DNA from: Neocallimastix sp. 'constans'
Taxonomy: Eukaryota
Assembly (NCBI GenBank): GCA_050613775.1
Contig: JBODTK010000120.1
Coordinates: 480,403-500,402, forward strand
Direction: 5' to 3'
DNA length: 20,000 nt
In this document: piece by piece, positions 1-11,379 of the stretch
How the letters are laid out: the number at the start of each line of letters is the position of its first letter
How positions within the stretch are numbered: the first letter of the stretch is position 1
Translations under genes and position numbers: made by a program
Notes under the pieces: generated by a model
Seen by the model: only the letters and a program-made list of their open reading frames with translations
What the model was told of the DNA's origin: nothing
Database searches by the model: none

Positions 1-1440
1 AATACTTTTCTTTTATATTTTTTAATTCTTTTAATTCTTTTTTTTTTAATTTCCTATCTATACTAAATTTATTCTATTTTATTTTTGTAATAATTTTTTC
101 TTTATTAAAAATTTAAAAAAAAGAAAAAATAATATAAAAAAATTTTTTTGGTACTTTTCTTAAATATTTATATACTTTTTATTATTATTTAAATATTATT
201 TATTTAATTATTATTTAATTATTTATTTATTTAATGGTTCCTTTTTTTTAAATTAAATTAAATATAAATTAAATTAAAATATATAAAATATATAAAATAT
301 ATAAAATATATAAAAATATATATAATATATAAAAATATATATAATAAGTAATAAGTAGTAAATAATAAATAATAAATAATATATATAGAATATAAAATAT
401 AATTGAATAAATTGAAAAATCAAATTTTTTTTTTTTTTTTCAATAAAATAAAATTTTAAATTCATTTCATTACAAAGAATTTAATTTAGATAATAAATTA
501 TTAATATAAATAAATATATGAAAAAAATTTTTTTTTTATATTTTATTTTTATTTTTTATTTTTATTTTATTATCAATGATTTATTTATTTATCAAAAAAT
601 TTATTATTAATTATTCATTTCTATATCATTATTATTAATTATTTCTATATCATTATTATTAATTATTTCTATATCATTATTATTTATTTATATATATTGA
701 TATTAATTTTATTTTAAATAAAATTATTTCAAATTTCAAATCATTTTAGTTAAACTTTTTTTTATCCAGTTAAAGCATATATTCCTTTATTAATAACCAT
801 AAAAATGATTTCCTCTTCTTTTCTTTTATTTTTAGTTTTTTGCTTTTTTTTTTTTTTCTTTATTTTCTCTCTTTTTTTATTCAAATATAAAACAAATTAT
901 TTTTCATTTTTATTCGTATTTTTTTTAATTTTATTTTTTTAATTTTTTTAATTTAATTTTTTTATTTTTTATTTTTAATATTCTTTTTAATCTTTATTTA
1001 AATTTATTTTTTATAATTAAAATTTTTATATTTTATTAAATTTAAACTTTATTTCTTAGTAATAAATGAAATTCTTATTTTTTATATTAATTCTTATTTT
1101 TTTTTTTGGTTTTTCATCTTAATTTTTTTACGGCACATCTTACTAATTAATTTATTTATTTATTAAAGTTTTTTTTAAATAAACTAATTTTATATTAAAA
1201 ATAAATTAAAAATAAAATTAAATATAAATTAATTTCAAAAATTTAATTTTTTATGAATAAATAAAGTTTAAAGTAAATATATATTATTTATATATTATTC
1301 ATATATTATTTATATATTATTCATATATTATTCATATATTATTTATATTTATATATTTTTTTATATTCATCACTAAAATCTAATAAATTAAAATTTAATA
1401 GGTCAAAAAATAAAAAAAATTTTTTAACCGTTTTATAATA

Positions 1441-1454
1441 AATAGATAAATAGA

Positions 1455-1541
<87 letters not shown>
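1441..1541. repeat. (TAAA)n microsatellite, starting with (TAGATAAA) units
   Basis: Perfect taaa reiteration read directly from the sequence. Confidence 0.95.
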
Positions 1542-1581
1542 AAATAATTAAAAAATTTTATTATATATTTATTATATTTAT

Positions 1582-1710
1582 TATATTTATTATATTATTT
1601 TTTTTATAGATTTGATTTAATATATTATAAATATTATATATAATATATTTATTATATTATTTTTTTTATAGATTTGATTTAATATATTATAAATATTATA
1701 TATAATATAT
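1582..1710. repeat. 62-bp direct tandem duplication (2 copies)
   Basis: gatttgatttaatatattataaatattatatataatatattt starts at 1609 and again at 1671. Confidence 0.85.
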
Positions 1711-1856
1711 TTTATTTTATTTTATTTTATTTTATTATTATTTTTTATATTTTTAATTTTGTTAAATAACTTTGTTAGCCAAGAAACAAGTCAATAGAGA
1801 AATAAAAATAAAAAAAATATATATACATGTTTATATATATTCTTTATTACTATATA

Positions 1857-2074
1857 AAATGAATAATGAATAAAATGAATAATGAATAAATAATGAATAA
1901 AATGAATAATGAATAAAATGAATAATAATAAATAATGAATAATGAATAAAATGAATAATAATAAATAATGAATAAAATGAATAATAATAAATAATGAATA
2001 AAATGAATATTAATAAATAATGAATAAAATGAATATTAATAAATTATGAATAAAAGGGAGAGAGAGAGAGAGAG
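1857..2074. repeat. AATGAATAA-type minisatellite followed by a (GA)n tract
   Basis: Repeated aatgaataaaatgaataat units at ~1857-2054, then gagagaga at ~2057-2074. Confidence 0.9.
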
Positions 2075-2469
2075 ATAAAAAGATAAATGAATTTATTAAA
2101 TCAATTCAATTTCTTCTCTAAAACTTTTTTTAAAACAAAAATAAAAATAAAAAAAATTATGGTAAAAACTTCATTTTCATTAGTTTAAATAATTTATTAA
2201 ATGATGGTCAATAAATTTTTAATATTTCATAAAAACTAATAATTAAAATTTGATAAAATATTAAATATTAAATATTATAGAATTAATATTTAATTTTTTT
2301 TTTATTCTTTATAATATATATATAAATATATTTTTTTTGTTTATAGTTTTAAGGTTAGTTGATCCATTTGATCAGTAAAAATTTTAATGGTTAAAATTTT
2401 TATTCATTTTTTTATTTTTATTTTTTTTATTTTTTTTTGGAAAAAATTGTTTCAAACAATTTATTATTT

Positions 2470-2514
<45 letters not shown>

Positions 2515-2789
2515 ACGAATTTGTTAAAGATTTTTTAATTTTTATTTTTATTTAAATAGAATAAAATAAAAATAAAATAAAAATTATAAATTTATATAAG
2601 TATTAATGAATAGATAATTAGATATAATAAATTTGTAAAACTATTTAAGTATATATATATATATATATATACTATTTAGTAAAAAAAAAAAAAATATGGG
2701 AAATATAAATGGTTAAAAGTTGACATCAATATTTAAATAGTTCTTCAAATGAAGGATTATATTTTTTTACTTTTATTTGTAAAATATTT

Positions 2790-2866
2790 ATATATAGATA
2801 TAGAAATAGATATAGAAATAGATATAGATATAGATATAAATATAGAAATAGATATAGATATAGAAA
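2790..2866. repeat. (TATAGA/AATAGA)n hexamer microsatellite
   Basis: Read directly; it produces the spurious LY/LF-repeat ORF 2726..2965. Confidence 0.9.
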
Positions 2867-3227
2867 TAAACATATATATAAATAGATATAAAAGAAGATT
2901 TTCTTTTCAATTATATATAATATAAACCATATAGACAAATAGACAAAGAGAATCCAATTTTTCAATTTTCTTTTTCATTCAAAATTTTTTTTTTTATTAT
3001 ATATATGTATATATAATTTCATTTGAAAATTAAAATAAAATGAAGTGAAATGAAAAAAAAGTAAAATTAAATAAATTATTAATTAGTTTCAAGGAATAAT
3101 TAAATCTGTCAATTTATTAAAAAAATTTAAAAAATTTAAAAAATCTAAAAATATCATTATTATTTGAAAATTTGAAAATTTGAAATAAATTAAAATTTAT
3201 TAAATTTTACTTCATTTAAATTTTCAT

Positions 3228-3292
3228 TCACACACACACACCAACACACACACACGCACTCTCACTCCCTCACTCTCTTTCTCTCATTCTCT
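3228..3292. repeat. (CA)n / (CT)n microsatellite
   Basis: cacacacacaca...ctctcactccctcactctctttctctc read directly. Confidence 0.85.
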
Positions 3293-4053
3293 TTATTTTA
3301 TTTTTATTTTTATTTTTATTTTATTTTATTCCACTTGTACTTTATATTTGTATTTTTACTATTTATTTTATTTTATCTTATTTATTTTATTTTGGTTGTT
3401 TTTACATTTTTTATATTATTATTTAAGGTTTAACCGTTTGTTGGGAAACTTCAATACGATCGTAAAATTAGTCTATCCATCCATTAAACTATTCATTATT
3501 ATTATTATTATTTTATTATTATTAATTCTTATTATTAATTATTTTTCTTTCTTTCATTATTATTATTATTGGTTCCCCTTCTTCTATTTTTTTTTCTTTT
3601 AATTATTGTATGATATATAAATATAAATATAAAATTAAAAAGTTGAAACTAAAGACTTAAAAATAAAAAAAAAAAAAAAAAAAATTAAAAATTAATTAAA
3701 AAAAAAAGTTATAAATAATTCCATAGATTACTTTTGTATTAAAAGATAATAATAGTATAAAAGACTTTTTTTTTTATTTTTTTCTTCTTTTTTAATAGTT
3801 ATAAATTAGTGTCATCCATTATTTAAAGAGAGACTAAAATAATTTATTTTTTAAAAAATAAAATAAAATAAAAAAAAGAATTAAAATAATTAAGAGCATG
3901 AGAAATAATTATAATAATTATAATTATAAAGTTAATGGTAACAAATAATAATACAGCTAATAACTAATAACAAATCATATTAATTTATCCTACAAAATAA
4001 TATTAACTCTATAAAATAAATAAAAAAATTAAAATAAATTGTTAACCATCTTT

Positions 4054-4179
4054 TAAATAATTAAATAATTAAATAATTAAATAATTAAATAATTAATTAA
4101 TTAAATAATTAAATAATTAAATAATTAAATAATTAATTAATTAAATAATTAAATAATTAAATAATTAAATAATTAAATA
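4054..4179. repeat. (TAAATAAT)n 8-bp tandem repeat
   Basis: taaataattaaataatt reiteration read directly. Confidence 0.9.
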
Positions 4180-5887
4180 AATCATTTTTAATTGAAAAAA
4201 AAATTTCAATTTTGAAAAAAAACTTTTAAATCAAATCAAAAATTTGACCGCATTATTTTTTAAAACTTTAAATTATAATAAAACTAATTAATTAATTAAA
4301 TAATTAATTAATATTTTTTTCTTTAAAAAATAATTTCTATTAAATTTTCCAATTTGTACTAAAAAAAAAATAAATAAATAAAAATAAACTTATTTAATAA
4401 TATATTATAGTTCAATATATTGTAGTATATTTAAAGAGGTAAATAATATTAAATACTAATCTATATAAAACATATTTGACACAATTTCTTTATATGTATA
4501 AATTAAATGATGTATACATGTATTACCTTATTTGATACAAATATTTTATATAAATATATTTAATGTATAAACATACTAATATTTAATTGACCAATAAAAC
4601 GCCCATCTTTATCTTTATCTTTCTTTGTATAAATAAAAAATATATAAATATATAAATACATAAATAAATAAATTAATAAATAAATAAATAATAAATAAAT
4701 AAATAATTAATTAATTAATTAATAATTGAATAATAAATGAATAAAAATAATAAATAAATAAATCAAGTATATTATTTATAAAGTATATTTTATTATATTG
4801 CATATATAGTATAATATATAATATTTAAATAGAATAGAATTAAAGTTTTAATTGAATTTTTCCCGTCAAATTTTTTTTTTTTTTTTTTTACAACATTTTA
4901 TAACGGAAAAAGAAGAAAATTTGTGAGATAGAAACCACACAACAAATAAAAAATAAAAAAAAAAATAAAAAAAAATTAAAAAAAATAAAATAATAAATAA
5001 AAATTAATAAATATTAATAAATACATATTAAAAATATTAATAAATATTAAGTAATTGATAAAAATAATAGTTTTTATAAAATATTTTATTATTAATTAAA
5101 GTTTATTTATTTATTAATATGAATAATTATTTAAATGAGTTAATGATATACAACTCAAAAGTTTCGATGTATTTTTGCTGGGATTTATTTATTAAATTTA
5201 TTAATTTATTTATTTATTTATTTATTTAATTTTATTATTGAGATTACATATATTTAAAAGTAATCTAACAACTTTCTTATACTTTTAATAACAAATTAAC
5301 TTAACACAACAGTACACATCTCTTAATTCAGAGAAATGCTTTATTTTTATGTTATTTAGTTATAATTAACTATTTATTTAATTGTTCTTGTGATTAAAAT
5401 AAGCTATTAAATGAATATAAATATTTATAATTATTATTTAAGGAAATATTTAATAACTATATAAATATAAATATGAAATAATAAGAGTATTGATTTATGT
5501 TATAAGATTTATTATTAATTATAAATATAAATAATAATTAGAAATCAGGCCTCATATTGAAATTGTTATAAAATCATTAGATTTAAATTTGATTTATGAC
5601 ATTAATTTATGTTTGAAAACTAATTTTTTATTATATTAATTAAGGTTTGAATATTTCATTTTTTATCATTAACTATCGATTTACAATTTGAAAAATACAT
5701 GATATTTATACTAAATATGACTCATTAATTATATAATGAAAATCTTTATATGTTAATAACATAATATATTTCAAATATAATGAAATAAATTAAATAACGA
5801 GAATAATTTTAATAATGAAATGATTTAATATATTTTACACAACTAAAATTAAATAAACACATATATAATAGATTTCAATATTCTAAC

Positions 5888-5897
5888 TTTCCCCTCA
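5888..5897 (-). mobile_element. Polypurine tract of the copia element; the 3' LTR probably extends leftwards from ~5888
   Basis: Minus strand reads TGA(stop)-TCT-GAGGGGAA-AGTTAGAAT: a purine tract just after the RNase H stop, then a TGTTAG-like LTR start with one mismatch. The far LTR boundary and a partner LTR were not found. Confidence 0.6.
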
Positions 5898-5899
5898 GA

Positions 5900-7500
5900 T
5901 CAGAATGTTTGCTTGTTAAAGATTTGGTCTGTAAACTTTGTCATTTTTGGTCCATTAAATTCTTTTGTTAATGGATCTGCTAACAATTTTTTCGGTATTG
6001 ATATAATTTAAATTTATTCTGTTATTTTTAATATTGTCTTTATTGAAGTAAAATTTTATTTCTATGTGTTTTTAATTTATTGTTGAGTTCACCGTTTTCT
6101 ACAGTTGTTTTACTTGCTAAGTTGTCAGTAAATATTTATATTAGTTTTTTAATATTGAATAACTCATATAATATATTTCTAATCCATAAAACCTTTTTAG
6201 TACATTCAGCGGTAGCAATATATTCAGCCTCAGTGGTAGATGTCTCAACTATTGTTTTTTTTTTTTTTTTTTAGATTGCCAACATATTGGATCATTGTTC
6301 ATTAATATTTTATAGCTTGAGGTAGATTTCCTATCTTTTGGGTCTCCAGCAAAATCTGCATGAGTGCAGGCAATAATATTTCCTTGTCCTTATTATTTAA
6401 TTTTATAATGTTTAGTATAGTTTAAGTATTTTAATAGGATTAATTACTATTTTCCAGTTAGCTCTAGTTAGATTCTCAGAATTTCTAGCAACTTTTCCAA
6501 CGGCAAAGGTAATATCAAGACGTATACATCTTAAGAGATAGATCAAAGATAAGATCCAACGGCGCATTTAAATATTGTTTTATCAAATTTAATATCATTT
6601 TTCATTGATTTTGTTACTGTTAAGTAAGGTGTTTTTGCTTTTCTAATATTGTCTATGTTAAATTTTTTTGTAGTAAATCCTTTATAAGCTGAGTTTGAGA
6701 AATTAAATAATTTGAATATTCCTTTTCAATATTAATTCCTAAAATGTAATCTGCTTCACTTAATTTTGAAACTTTAAAATTTTTCTTAATCTTTTTAATA
6801 GTTTTGTTTATATGATATTTAATTCCTGTTATTAATATATCATCCACGTAAATATCTGTAATACACACAGCTTTTCCTTCCTCCTTTTTTTTTTTTTTTT
6901 TTACAAAAATACATGGTTCAGATGTTAGTTGAATGTAACCATTATTTTTGAGAAGGTTTGTAAAGTGGATGTTCCATTGATGACCTGATTGTTTCAAGCC
7001 ATATAAAGCTTTTCTTAGAAGCCAGTATCCTTTTACCAAAGTTTACATCACCAGGTGGGATGGTGACATATATGTCTTTGTCTAATGGAGCGTTAAAATA
7101 AACGGCTTTAATGTCAAGCTGCATTAAGTCTCAGTTGAAATTTTGATGACAGAGCAATAATTAATTTTTTAAACTGTCGGATACTAAGAGTAGGTGAGTA
7201 TGTTATAAGTCATAGTCTATACCCTTTTTTTCTGTGTGAAACCACGAGCAACGAGACGAGCCTTGTGTTTTAAAAATATTACCATTTCCATCCTTCTTGA
7301 GAGTATAAACTAAACTCCACTTTGGTAGTTGTTGATTTAATACTATTAGGAAGCTTTTTAGCAAAGGTCATAGTTTTGTTATCATAGAAAATTTTGTAAT
7401 TCGGAATTCATTGCTTCTATTCATTGATCTTTATCAGATCGAGAAATGGCTTGCCTATAAGTAAAAGGTGTTTCAGTTAAACAGCCTTTAGAAGGTTCAA
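5900..7500 (-). mobile_element. Degenerate Ty1/copia LTR retrotransposon pol: reverse transcriptase (RVT_2 type) plus RNase H, with stops and frameshifts
   Basis: Minus-strand motifs in canonical copia order: ETPFTYRQAISRSDKDQ*IEAMNSEL, KHKARLVARGFTQ..GIDY..TYSPT, MQLDIKA..NAPLDKDIYV..PPG, LLRKALYGLKQSGHQWN, IYVDDILITG; RNase H ACTHADFAGDPKDRKSTS, ICWQSKK, STTEAEY, TDNLA, KHIEIKFYF, LADPLTK; stop at 5902-5900. Trp->TGA at 7423-7421 and 7133-7131. The first RNase H catalytic Asp is replaced by His. Confidence 0.95.
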
Positions 7501-7696
7501 CGTTGTCAAAAGAAATCTTGTATTTTTTTTGTTGTTATCAGGAAAATAAAGAATTTCTGGGTCTTTTACACGATTCATTCATGGATGGTTTTAATTTTTT
7601 TACTATCTGGAAGTTTAGGATGAATCAGCTTGTGTTTAAAAGGAATAGTGTTTATTGTTTTATTGCTTGAGTTAATCTTCTTTTTTGGCTTGCTGA

Positions 7697-8114
7697 TTAA
7701 TGATATTGAATAGAATTATCTCCATTTGAAATTTTAACTAAATCTAATACTTTTGGCGTAAACTTACTAACAATTATTGAACTTTGAGTTCTAACTTCTG
7801 AAGGCAGATAGTAATAAAATTTTGTCCATATTAATGCAACGTGAGTCCAAAAATTTGAATCAGGAAAAAATATTGCATAATAATCTAATCAGTGTTTTTA
7901 TATGTAAAGGTAATCTCGGTTGATGATAATTAAGAACATTTGTTATTCCTTGTAATCCTGAATTACTTTTAATATAATCAACCATTTGAATCAAATATTT
8001 TCTATCGGTTCCTTCAGCATCTTGAAGTCCTGGTATATTAATTACAAATATTTTATTATCATTACGGGATTCTCCTTTTGTAAATTTTGTTTCTGCGTTA
8101 GGATCGGGTATGTA
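7697..8114 (-). pseudogene. AIG1/GIMAP-family GTPase fragment (G2-G4 region; P-loop missing; one frameshift)
   Basis: Minus strand translates as PDPNAETKFTKGESRNDNKIFVINIPGLQDAEGTDRKYLIQMVDYIKSNSGLQGITNVLNYHQPRLPLHIKTLIRLLCNIF/PDSNFWTHVALIWTKFYYYLPSEVRTQSS...SIQYH*, with a +1 shift in the A6 run at 7865-7870. From memory this fits the AIG1-type pattern of Entamoeba-like proteins: ETK (G2), VFVIDTPGLQD (G3; here NIPG at 8039-8028), LQGI, FPxxxFWxHVxIVWTK (G4). No database search was run. Confidence 0.8.
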
Positions 8115-8452
8115 TTAATATTACTTAATTTATTATTAATATTATTTATTTTTCTGATTTTTTTTTTTTTTTATCACTAATATTATACTAAATCAATTAT
8201 TATTACCTTTTATGTTATTTATTACTTAGGAAACCTCTGCATTCTTTTTATCAACATTGTCTCATGCTCTGAACTGCTTTTCAGCTGTTTTGAGAACGAG
8301 GGTTGAGTTATTATAGTAACGGTCTTAGATCAGAGTTGTAAAAATCATTCTTGTTTCTATTGGTTTATTTGACGAGTTTCCTTCAAGGATTCGGGATTTT
8401 TTTTTTTTTTTGTCATTTATTATTTATTATATTGATTATTATTGTCAATCGT

Positions 8453-8835
8453 TATTATTATTATTATTATTATTTTTATATATTATTTATTATTTAATAT
8501 TTTAATATTACCTATATATTATTTTTTACTTATTATTATTATTATTTTTATATATTATTTATTATTTAATATTTTAATATTACCTATATATTATTTTTTA
8601 CTTATTATTATTATTATTATTTTTATATATTATTTATTATTTAATATTTTAATATTACCTATATATTATTTTTTACTTATTATTATTATTATTATTTTTA
8701 TATATTATTTATTATTTAATATTTTAATATTACCTATATATTATTTTTTACTTATTATTATTATTATTATTTTTATATATTATTTATTATTTAATATTTT
8801 AATATTACCTATATATTATTTTTTACTTATTATTA
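8453..8835. repeat. 72-75 bp tandem repeat, 5 copies
   Basis: Anchor cctatatatt at 8511, 8583, 8658, 8733 and 8808 (periods 72, 75, 75, 75; the difference is one ATT unit). Confidence 0.95.
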
Positions 8836-9249
8836 ATATTATATATCTAATCAAATTATTATTCTTTATTATTTATTAATTATTTTTTTTTTCTTTTCCT
8901 AAATTTGTTACATTTTTTAATAAATTGATTCATATAATCTGTTGTACAAAGTCAACAATTTTTGGTATATTCATTAGAATCTCAATCCTATTTTTAATGA
9001 TTAATTTGTTTTTATACTCTAAGTGATTTATCTATTGAAGACAATAAAAATTTTTACGGGACATTCTTATTCTAAACATTGCTTTTTCTGATTTTCTGTT
9101 GACGATGTTAATCGATTGATCCGTAACAATGGAATTTGTTAGTGTTTGATGAGCTTTTCAAACGATTCAATCTGATGCTGAAAGCTACTTCCTTTCCCAA
9201 ATTTCTCACTAAAAGAATATCAAATAGTCATTGGGATCACAAAAAAAAA

Positions 9250-9443
9250 ATTTTTTTTTTTTTTTTCCTTAAGTTCAAGACATTTATATTATATATCTTA
9301 TCTCACCTAATAAAATTTTTTTTTCTTAAATTCAAGACATTTATATTATATATCTTATCTCACCTAATAAATTTTTTTTTTTCTTAAATTCAAGACATTT
9401 ATATTTTATATCTTATCCAACCTAATAAATTTTTTTTTTTTTA
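9250..9443. repeat. 57-58 bp tandem repeat, 3 copies
   Basis: caagacatttatatt...tatcttatc...cctaataaa at 9276, 9333 and 9391. Confidence 0.9.
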
Positions 9444-9804
9444 TTTTGGTAAGAAAAATGATTCATTGGAGGTGGTAGTTTTGGTTTATAATAATAAACC
9501 AATATAACAATATAATAAAAACATAAAGCAAAAATTAAACAAAAAAATACAATAACAATCGTCGTTATACACACTGCCCGGAGATGCATTCCTAACGTTC
9601 CTACATATATCTCTATTGACCACGAACATCAGAACGGAATCATTAACCCCTCCCTAGTGGGTGAAATCATTGGCGATTGGAAATTTTACAATCATCAAGG
9701 TCTATGCTTCAACTCAAAGTGTAGTATCAGGGTTGGGTGAATTAAGAGGGAAATCTTATGAACATCACGTGTGGTCTCATGATATCCCAGGTGATATGCG
9801 GGAC

Positions 9805-9856
9805 TTTAATGTGCAATAATTTATAAGCAGTTTAATGTGCAATAATTTATAAGCAG
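9805..9856. repeat. Perfect 26-bp direct duplication
   Basis: tttaatgtgcaataatttataagcag at 9805-9830 and 9831-9856. Confidence 0.95.
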
Positions 9857-10235
9857 TGGGTTTTAAATAATTGTAGTTTAGTAAATTTTATTAATAAAAT
9901 TATAATATTCGTACAATTAAAATAATAATTCTAATTCCTAAAATTTTACAAGAGAGTTCCCTATTTCAAATATAAATAATTTAATCTATTTATAAGAAAT
10001 AGGTAATATATTAATTATATATTCTAATATATAGAACTATATAAATTTTATATGAAATAAAGTATTATAATTATTATAATTATAATAATACATATTGAAA
10101 TAAAATAAAATAAAATAAAATAATTATTATCAAAAAGATATAAATTTAATATTTAATAATTATTATTAAATATACAAATATGTTACTACACATATTTGTT
10201 TTATATCACAGGATAGAAACCTCATCCAGATTATT

Positions 10236-10263
10236 TGGTGCCATGCCGAGGATTCGAACCCCG
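10236..10263 (-). other. tRNA 3'-end fragment (T-arm, acceptor 3' strand, discriminator, encoded CCA), tRNA-His-like; reads as an extended retroelement primer-binding site on the + strand
   Basis: Minus strand: CGGGG-TTCGAAT-CCTCG (5-bp T-stem with one G.U, 7-nt T-loop)-GCATGGC-A-CCA. The 5' acceptor strand (GCCATGC) and an anticodon arm are absent, so this is not a complete tRNA gene. Confidence 0.75.
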
Positions 10264-10374
10264 CCCCTCTACAGTAACCTATACATATAGGTAACGTTTA
10301 AAAAAAAAATTTTTTTTTTTTACATAGAAAAAAGTAATAATAAAAAGGAAAAAACATTTCCTTTAAATAATATA

Positions 10375-10877
10375 AATTAAAAAATTTTTTAAATCATTAA
10401 AAAATTAATTATAAATATGTTACACAACAAATTTATTGTATCCAAATGTAAAAAAAATTCAGTCAAATGTAAAAATTCATAATATTTCAGTAATAATATA
10501 TAATATGAAAAATATTTTAATTTTGTGTTTGAACGTATCCTGAAGTATAAAGATTAAATGTCACTAATAATGTTAGAGTATAAGAGAATAATGATTATAA
10601 ATAATATTCAATGACATTTTCTTAAATGTAGAAGATCTTTCTTAATTTAAAAAAAAAAAAAAATAAAAAGAAATAAATGAGCAAATAATAAAAATATAAA
10701 TTTCATTAATATTCATTCTCTGTAGGATAGGTTTCAGTTCTAAATCATAATAATAAATTAAAAATAAAATAAAACATAATAAAAAAAAAAAAAAAAAAAA
10801 AAAAATGAAAATAAATAAAATATTAATATATGTAATATTTATTTTACTTTTTTTTTTTTAAAAAAAAAACTTTAAAT

Positions 10878-10912
<35 letters not shown>

Positions 10913-11174
10913 TTCTCTCTAAAGGTTTTTACGGAATTTAATACAGCTCAAAACAGAAGTGCAAAATTTTTATGATGTAATAACGTCTTACATTGTTTTA
11001 TTTTTATTGTATTTTAGTATTTTATTTAATATTATTTTATTGATATTTTCTGATTTTTAATTTTTATTTTTATTTTTATTTTTATTTTTTTTCTATTCCT
11101 ATTTCTATTTCTATTTTTATTTTACAAACATATATATATTACTTATTATTTATTATTATTATTAATATTATTAA

Positions 11175-11205
<31 letters not shown>

Positions 11206-11370
11206 ATTATTATTTTATTTTTTATCTTATTTTTTATTTTTATTATTTTTATTATTAAATTATTTTTTTATTTTTTATTTTTTAATTTTTTATTTTTTAA
11301 TATTTTAGTTCTTATTTTTTATTTATTATGTTATTAATCCCCTCTTAATGATTTTGTTCACTATTCATTT
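10375..11370. repeat. Segmental duplication block (3' flank of LRR gene copy 1), near-identical to 16415-17680
   Basis: Shared unique strings, e.g. gttacacaacaaatttattgtatccaaatg, gtgtttgaacgtatcctgaagtataaag, ctgtaggataggtttcagttc, aacagaagtgcaaaatttttatgatg, cttaatgattttgttca. Confidence 0.9.
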
Positions 11371-11379
11371 TCGCCACTA

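Noticed and set aside
274..465. 63-aa ORF (minus)
   Set aside because: Low-complexity F/I/Y translation of AT microsatellite; no coding signal.
2726..2965. 79-aa ORF with LY/LF repeats
   Set aside because: Translation of the TATAGA microsatellite.
3348..3602. 84-aa hydrophobic ORF (plus), superficially membrane-like
   Set aside because: T-rich low-complexity sequence with a non-ATG start; UTR-like or intergenic.
5540..5888. Defined 3' LTR with a matching 5' LTR and target-site duplication
   Set aside because: No second copy of the sequence next to the PPT was found in the window, so the boundaries cannot be supported.
6080..6274. 64-aa plus-strand ORF
   Set aside because: Antisense shadow of the copia RNase H frame.
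7131..7423. Two conserved Trp positions read TGA, suggesting a UGA=Trp code
   Set aside because: Other Trp codons in the element are TGG, pol ends in TGA, and the element has many frameshifts; ordinary decay is simpler.
7986..8180. 64-aa plus-strand ORF
   Set aside because: Antisense to the AIG1-like fragment.
8442..8879. 145-aa repeat ORF, or a CRISPR-like array
   Set aside because: Head-to-tail 72-75 bp minisatellite with no unique spacers; the frame is open only because the unit length is a multiple of 3.
9136..9387. 83-aa ORF
   Set aside because: Runs through poly-A/poly-T and the 57-bp tandem repeat; no recognisable domain.
10200..10310. Complete tRNA gene
   Set aside because: No 5' acceptor strand, convincing D-arm or anticodon arm; only the 3' 28 nt are tRNA-like.
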